Assembly: GCA_964202905.1 (NCBI GenBank)
Contig: CAXNJO010000009.1
Coordinates: forward strand, 1-64,000
Length of the DNA stretch: 64,000 nt
Origin: Polyangiales bacterium
Lineage (GTDB): Bacteria > Myxococcota_A > Polyangia > Polyangiales > JADJQN01
Direction: 5' to 3'
In this document: positions 60,382 to 64,000 of the stretch, in pieces
Layout: every line of letters starts with the position of its first letter
How positions within the stretch are numbered: the first letter of the stretch is position 1
Translations under genes and position numbers: made by a program
The notes under the pieces: model-generated
The model's database searches: none
Told to the model about the DNA's origin: nothing
Seen by the model: the letters and a program-made list of their open reading frames with translations, nothing else

Positions 60382-61172
60382 TGCGCGCGCTCACCGTTGC
60401 GTTGTGGTTCGCGCTCGCCCTCGGCGGTTGTGACGCCGCCATCGCCGGCGGCCTCGACGAGGCGCAGGCCAACGAGATCGTCGTCGCCCTCGACGGGCAG
60501 GGGATCTCGGCGCTGAAGGCGCGCGAAGAGGGCGCGTCGGAGACGCCGACCTTCCGCGTCGACGTCTCGCGCGAGGAGACGGCCCGCGCGCTCACGGCGC
60601 TGCGCACGGCCGAACTGCCACGGGCGCGGGAGCGCGGGATCGAGGAAGTGTTCGGCGCCGGGGGCCTCGTCCCGACGGCGACAGAGGAGCGCGCGCGCTT
60701 CACCGCGGCGCTCTCCGGCGAGCTCGTGCGGACGCTCGAGTCGATCGACGGCGTCCTCGACGCGCGCGTGCATCTCGCGCTCCCCGAGCGCCGCGATCTC
60801 CCGCTCGACGCGCCCCCGGCCCGGCCGCGGGCCTCGGTGCTGATCAAGTACCGCCGCGGGCCGACGCGGCCCTGGGACGACGCCTCGGTGCGCGCGCTCG
60901 TCGCCGGCGCGGTCGATGGCCTCGACGCCGCCGACGTGACGGTCGTCGGTGTGCCTGCGCCCGCGCCTCCGACGGGCGCGCAGGCAGCGCTCGTACGCTT
61001 CGGGCCGATCGCGGTGACTCGTGGCTCGGCCGGCGCGCTGAAGGCGCTCCTCGCCGCTTCGCTCCTGCTGAACGTGGCCGTGACCCTCGGCGCTGCGCTG
61101 TTGTCACGCCGCCGCGCGCGCGCGGCCGCAGCCCCCGACGACGCGGAGGCCACGCCGGTCGCCCCGCGCTGA
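60381..61172 (+). CDS. SctJ/YscJ (FliF-like) ring-forming lipoprotein
   Basis: LALGGC lipobox; GLDEAQANEIVVAL, LVPTATEERAR, ELVRTLESIDGVLDARVHL, ASVLIKY, LVAGAVDGL; C-terminal TM. Confidence 0.88.
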   Translation: MRALTVALWFALALGGCDAAIAGGLDEAQANEIVVALDGQGISALKAREEGASETPTFRVDVSREETARALTALRTAELPRARERGIEEVFGAGGLVPTATEERARFTAALSGELVRTLESIDGVLDARVHLALPERRDLPLDAPPARPRASVLIKYRRGPTRPWDDASVRALVAGAVDGLDAADVTVVGVPAPAPPTGAQAALVRFGPIAVTRGSAGALKALLAASLLLNVAVTLGAALLSRRRARAAAAPDDAEATPVAPR

Positions 61173-61228
61173 AGACGGCGCTATCGTCGCGCCCGCACGG
61201 CGCACCATGCGCCCCACCGGGAGTTCCC

Positions 61229-62170
61229 ATGCGCGTCCTGATCACCGGCGGCGCCGGCTTCATCGGCAGCCACATCGCAGAGCACGCCCTCGCCCGAGGG
61301 CACGAGGTCCTCGTCGTCGACGACCTCTCGAGCGGTCGCCGCGAGAACGTGCCCCACGGCGCCACGCTCGAGGTGCTCGACGTCCGCCGCGTCGACGACG
61401 TGCGCGCCGTCTTCGAGCGCTTCCGCCCGGAGGCCGTGACCCATCAGGCCGCGCAGGCCTCGGTCGCGGTGAGCATGCGCGAGCCGGTGCGCGACGCCGA
61501 CGTGAACGTGCTCGGCGGGCTCTCGGTGCTCGAGGCCTGCCGCGCGGTCGGCACGGCGCGCTTCATCTTCGCGAGCACCGGGGGCGCGATCTACGGCGAG
61601 GTCCCCGAGGGCGCGCGCGCGACGGAAGCGACAACGCCCGGGCCACTCAGCCCGTACGGCGCCGCGAAGCTCGCCCTCGAAGGCTACCTGCCGACGTGGG
61701 CGCACCACTTCGGGCTCGCGCCGACGGTGCTCCGCTACGCGAACGTCTACGGCCCGCGTCAGGATCCGCACGGCGAGGCGGGCGTCGTCGCGATCTTCGC
61801 CGAGCGCGCGCTCCGCGACGAGCCGCTCCGTGTGAACGCGCGGCAAGCCCGCGGCGACGACGGCTGCGTCCGCGACTACGTCTACGTGCGCGACGTCGCG
61901 CGGGCCAACGTCGCCGCGCTCGAGGGAACGCTGGGCGAGCGACTGCTGAACGTGGGCAGCGGCGCGGCGACGACGACGGGCGCCCTCGCCCGCGCCGTGT
62001 GCGCGGCGACCGGCTCGCGCTCAGAGCACGTCCCGAGCGACGTGCGGGCTGGCGACCTCGCGCGGTCCGTGCTCGACCCCTCCCGCTACGAGCGGGCGCT
62101 CGGCCCGACAACCCCCCTCGAGGCGGGGCTCGCCGAGACGCTCGCGTGGTTCCGCGCGCGCTCGCGCTGA
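61229..62170 (+). CDS. NAD-dependent epimerase/dehydratase (UDP-glucose 4-epimerase-like)
   Basis: GGAGFIGSH, YGAAK, NVYGPRQ, RDYVYV. Confidence 0.92.
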   Translation: MRVLITGGAGFIGSHIAEHALARGHEVLVVDDLSSGRRENVPHGATLEVLDVRRVDDVRAVFERFRPEAVTHQAAQASVAVSMREPVRDADVNVLGGLSVLEACRAVGTARFIFASTGGAIYGEVPEGARATEATTPGPLSPYGAAKLALEGYLPTWAHHFGLAPTVLRYANVYGPRQDPHGEAGVVAIFAERALRDEPLRVNARQARGDDGCVRDYVYVRDVARANVAALEGTLGERLLNVGSGAATTTGALARAVCAATGSRSEHVPSDVRAGDLARSVLDPSRYERALGPTTPLEAGLAETLAWFRARSR

Positions 62171-62240
62171 CGCCTGCGGGAGGCTCGACCCGGTGGCGGC
62201 AACATCACGAAAAGCCCCGGGAAACGGCCCTCCACACGCG

Positions 62241-62270
62241 TTGACATCGCGCGCCGCGTGCTGCTAGCGT
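62241..62270 (+). promoter_or_regulatory. Sigma70-type promoter
   Basis: TTGACA-N18-TAGCGT with a TG extended -10. Confidence 0.6.
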
Positions 62271-62319
62271 GCATGCGGCGCGTCGCGCAATGGCCCCTCG
62301 CAACGCTCAGGCCAAGCTC

Positions 62320-62389
62320 CCACGCAGCACGCTTTCCACGCAGCACGCTTTCCACGCAGCACACTTTCCACGCAGCACACTTTCCACGC
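62320..62389. repeat. 16-bp tandem repeat, about 4.4 copies
   Basis: CCACGCAGCAC(G/A)CTTT at 62320, 62336, 62352 and 62368, plus a partial copy. Confidence 0.95.
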
Positions 62390-62435
62390 CCCCCGTCCAC
62401 CACGGCCGGGGTTCGACGCAGGGAGTAACGACGAG

Positions 62436-63233
62436 ATGTCCGAGCAGAAGGAAAGCTCCGTTCTCTTCAACCTCAAGGAGTTGATGGGCCTCGAAGAGGA
62501 CCGCATCAAGACCGAGGACGACGACCGCCGCCGCCGCGAGGAAGACGCGCAGCGGAAGATCGAGGAAGAAGCGCGGCGCAAGCGCGAAGCCGAGGAAGCG
62601 GCGATCCGCGCAGCGGAAGAGACCCGGCTCGCGGAAGAGCGTCGCGTGCGCGAAGACGCCGAGCGCAAGCAGCGTGAGAAGGAAGAGAGCGAGCTCCGCG
62701 TCCGCCTCGAGGCCGACCAGCGCGCCCGCCAGGCCGAGCAGGAGCGTCTCCTCACGCACGAGCGCGAGATGCAGACGATCGCCGCGCAGAAGAAGAAGGG
62801 CGGCGTGCACCCCGCGATTCTTGCGGTCGCCGCCTTGCTCTTCATCGGTGTCGGCGCCGGCGTCTACTTCGGCGTCGTCAAGCCTTCGCAGGAGGCCGCC
62901 AAGGAGCAGACGGAGGCCGCTCAGCGCCTCGCCGAAGAGCAGGTGACGCAACGTCGGCGCGCGGAGGAAGAAGCCCAGCGGCAGGCAGGCCTCCTCGAGT
63001 CCGAGCGGCGACGCGCCGCCGACGCAGCACGGCTGCGCGAAGAAGAGATCGCCGCGCAGCGCGCGCAGGCGGAAGCGGCCGAGGGGGCCGCACGCCCCGC
63101 GGGCGGCGCCGTTCGTCGCCCCGCAGGCGGCGGCGGTGGAGGCGGCGGTGGAGGCGGTCGGCGGCCGGCAGACGGCGGTGGCGGCGGCGGCGGGAACTCC
63201 GACGATCCGCTGGGCGGACTGGACGACCTCTGA
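62436..63233 (+). CDS. Coiled-coil single-pass membrane protein
   Basis: [25 protein letters not shown]-rich coiled coils on both sides of a TM; tail [10 protein letters not shown]. Confidence 0.85.
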   Translation: MSEQKESSVLFNLKELMGLEEDRIKTEDDDRRRREEDAQRKIEEEARRKREAEEAAIRAAEETRLAEERRVREDAERKQREKEESELRVRLEADQRARQAEQERLLTHEREMQTIAAQKKKGGVHPAILAVAALLFIGVGAGVYFGVVKPSQEAAKEQTEAAQRLAEEQVTQRRRAEEEAQRQAGLLESERRRAADAARLREEEIAAQRAQAEAAEGAARPAGGAVRRPAGGGGGGGGGGGRRPADGGGGGGGNSDDPLGGLDDL

Positions 63234-63250
63234 GCGCGATCCGCTTGGGG

Positions 63251-63967
63251 ATGGATGCGCGCGAGCGGCTCATCCATCCCCTCGATGTCGCGAGCCTCGA
63301 GGAGGCGCGCGCGCAGGTCGCGTTGCTGGCGGGTGAGGTCGGCGTCTTCAAGGTCGGGCTCGAGCTGTTCACGGCGGCCGGTCCGGCCGCCGTTCAACTC
63401 GTGCACGACGCCGGTGCGCGCTGTTTCCTCGACCTGAAGTTGCACGACATCGGCGAAACCGTCGCGCGGAGCGTGGCCGCGGCGGTGTCGCTGCGCGTCG
63501 CCTTCCTGACGGTGCACGCCGCCAACGGCGGGCGTGCGCTGGCCCGCGCAGCGGCCGCGGCCGCTGGGAGCGAGACGACGCTGCTCGCGGTCACCGTGCT
63601 CACGAGCCTCGACGATGCGGACCTCGCCGAGATCGGCGTCGCGGGCCCGACGGGCGCCGCGGTCGAGCGACTCGCCCGGGTCGCGGTCGAGGCGGGCGTG
63701 CCCGGCCTCGTGTGCTCACCCCAGGAGTGCGCTGCGCTCCGCGCAGCATTCGGACCCGCGGGGACGGGCCCCGTGCTCGTCGTACCCGGCGTGCGACCCG
63801 CAGGCGCGGCCACGAACGACCAGCGACGCGTCGCGACGCCCGCTGAAGCGATCCGCGCCGGAGCCGACCATCTGGTCGTCGGGCGCCCCATCCGCGACGC
63901 CGCAGACCCCCGCGCCGCGGCCCGCGCCGTCGTCGCCGCGATTTCGGAAGCGCTCGGTCCCGCGTGA
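63251..63967 (+). CDS. pyrF: Orotidine-5'-phosphate decarboxylase
   Basis: [39 protein letters not shown]. Confidence 0.96.
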   Translation: MDARERLIHPLDVASLEEARAQVALLAGEVGVFKVGLELFTAAGPAAVQLVHDAGARCFLDLKLHDIGETVARSVAAAVSLRVAFLTVHAANGGRALARAAAAAAGSETTLLAVTVLTSLDDADLAEIGVAGPTGAAVERLARVAVEAGVPGLVCSPQECAALRAAFGPAGTGPVLVVPGVRPAGAATNDQRRVATPAEAIRAGADHLVVGRPIRDAADPRAAARAVVAAISEALGPA

Positions 63968-64000
63968 AGCGTCTCCTCGTCGGCCGTCATTCGGTGCTCG
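63964..64000 (+). CDS. Start of the next gene; partial, possibly an RlmB/TrmH-type methyltransferase
   Basis: GTGA overlap with pyr[13 protein letters not shown] resembles RlmB N-termini, but only 12 codons are visible. Confidence 0.35.
   Translation, partial: MKRLLVGRHSVL

Noticed and set aside
62320..62389. Tandem repeats here and at 18136-18225 as CRISPR arrays
   Set aside because: No unique spacers and no cas genes.

Overview
A very GC-rich (roughly 75% by eye), densely coding bacterial chromosome segment, most likely from a myxobacterium (Myxococcota, Polyangiales-like). This is inferred from a MYXO-CTERM protein, a Cys-rich-repeat lipoprotein, several Ser/Thr kinases, zinc-ribbon/GYF/TPR proteins and pilMNOPQ-aroC-aroKB synteny. 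Housekeeping genes include a double-length uvrA, citrate synthase, sppA, aroC, aroKB, a threonine dehydratase and pyrF. I saw no rRNA, tRNA, CRISPR array, integrase or transposase. Main leads: (1) a divergent TGT paralogue with substituted anticodon-recognition residues, translationally coupled to a stand-alone MnmC/MnmD-type methyltransferase; (2) a giant kinase-ATPase-TPR-GAF-sigma54 activator whose probable circuit is visible in the DNA, with a well-spaced -24/-12 promoter and a 10-bp-phased GGCACA repeat at both ends of the gene; (3) a CASTOR/POLLUX-like channel lying in reverse between pilP and pilQ; (4) an orphan SctJ-like ring lipoprotein coupled to a pseudokinase. At least three genes carry frameshifts that look like long-read indel errors. 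All family calls come from motif recognition by eye; no database searches were run.
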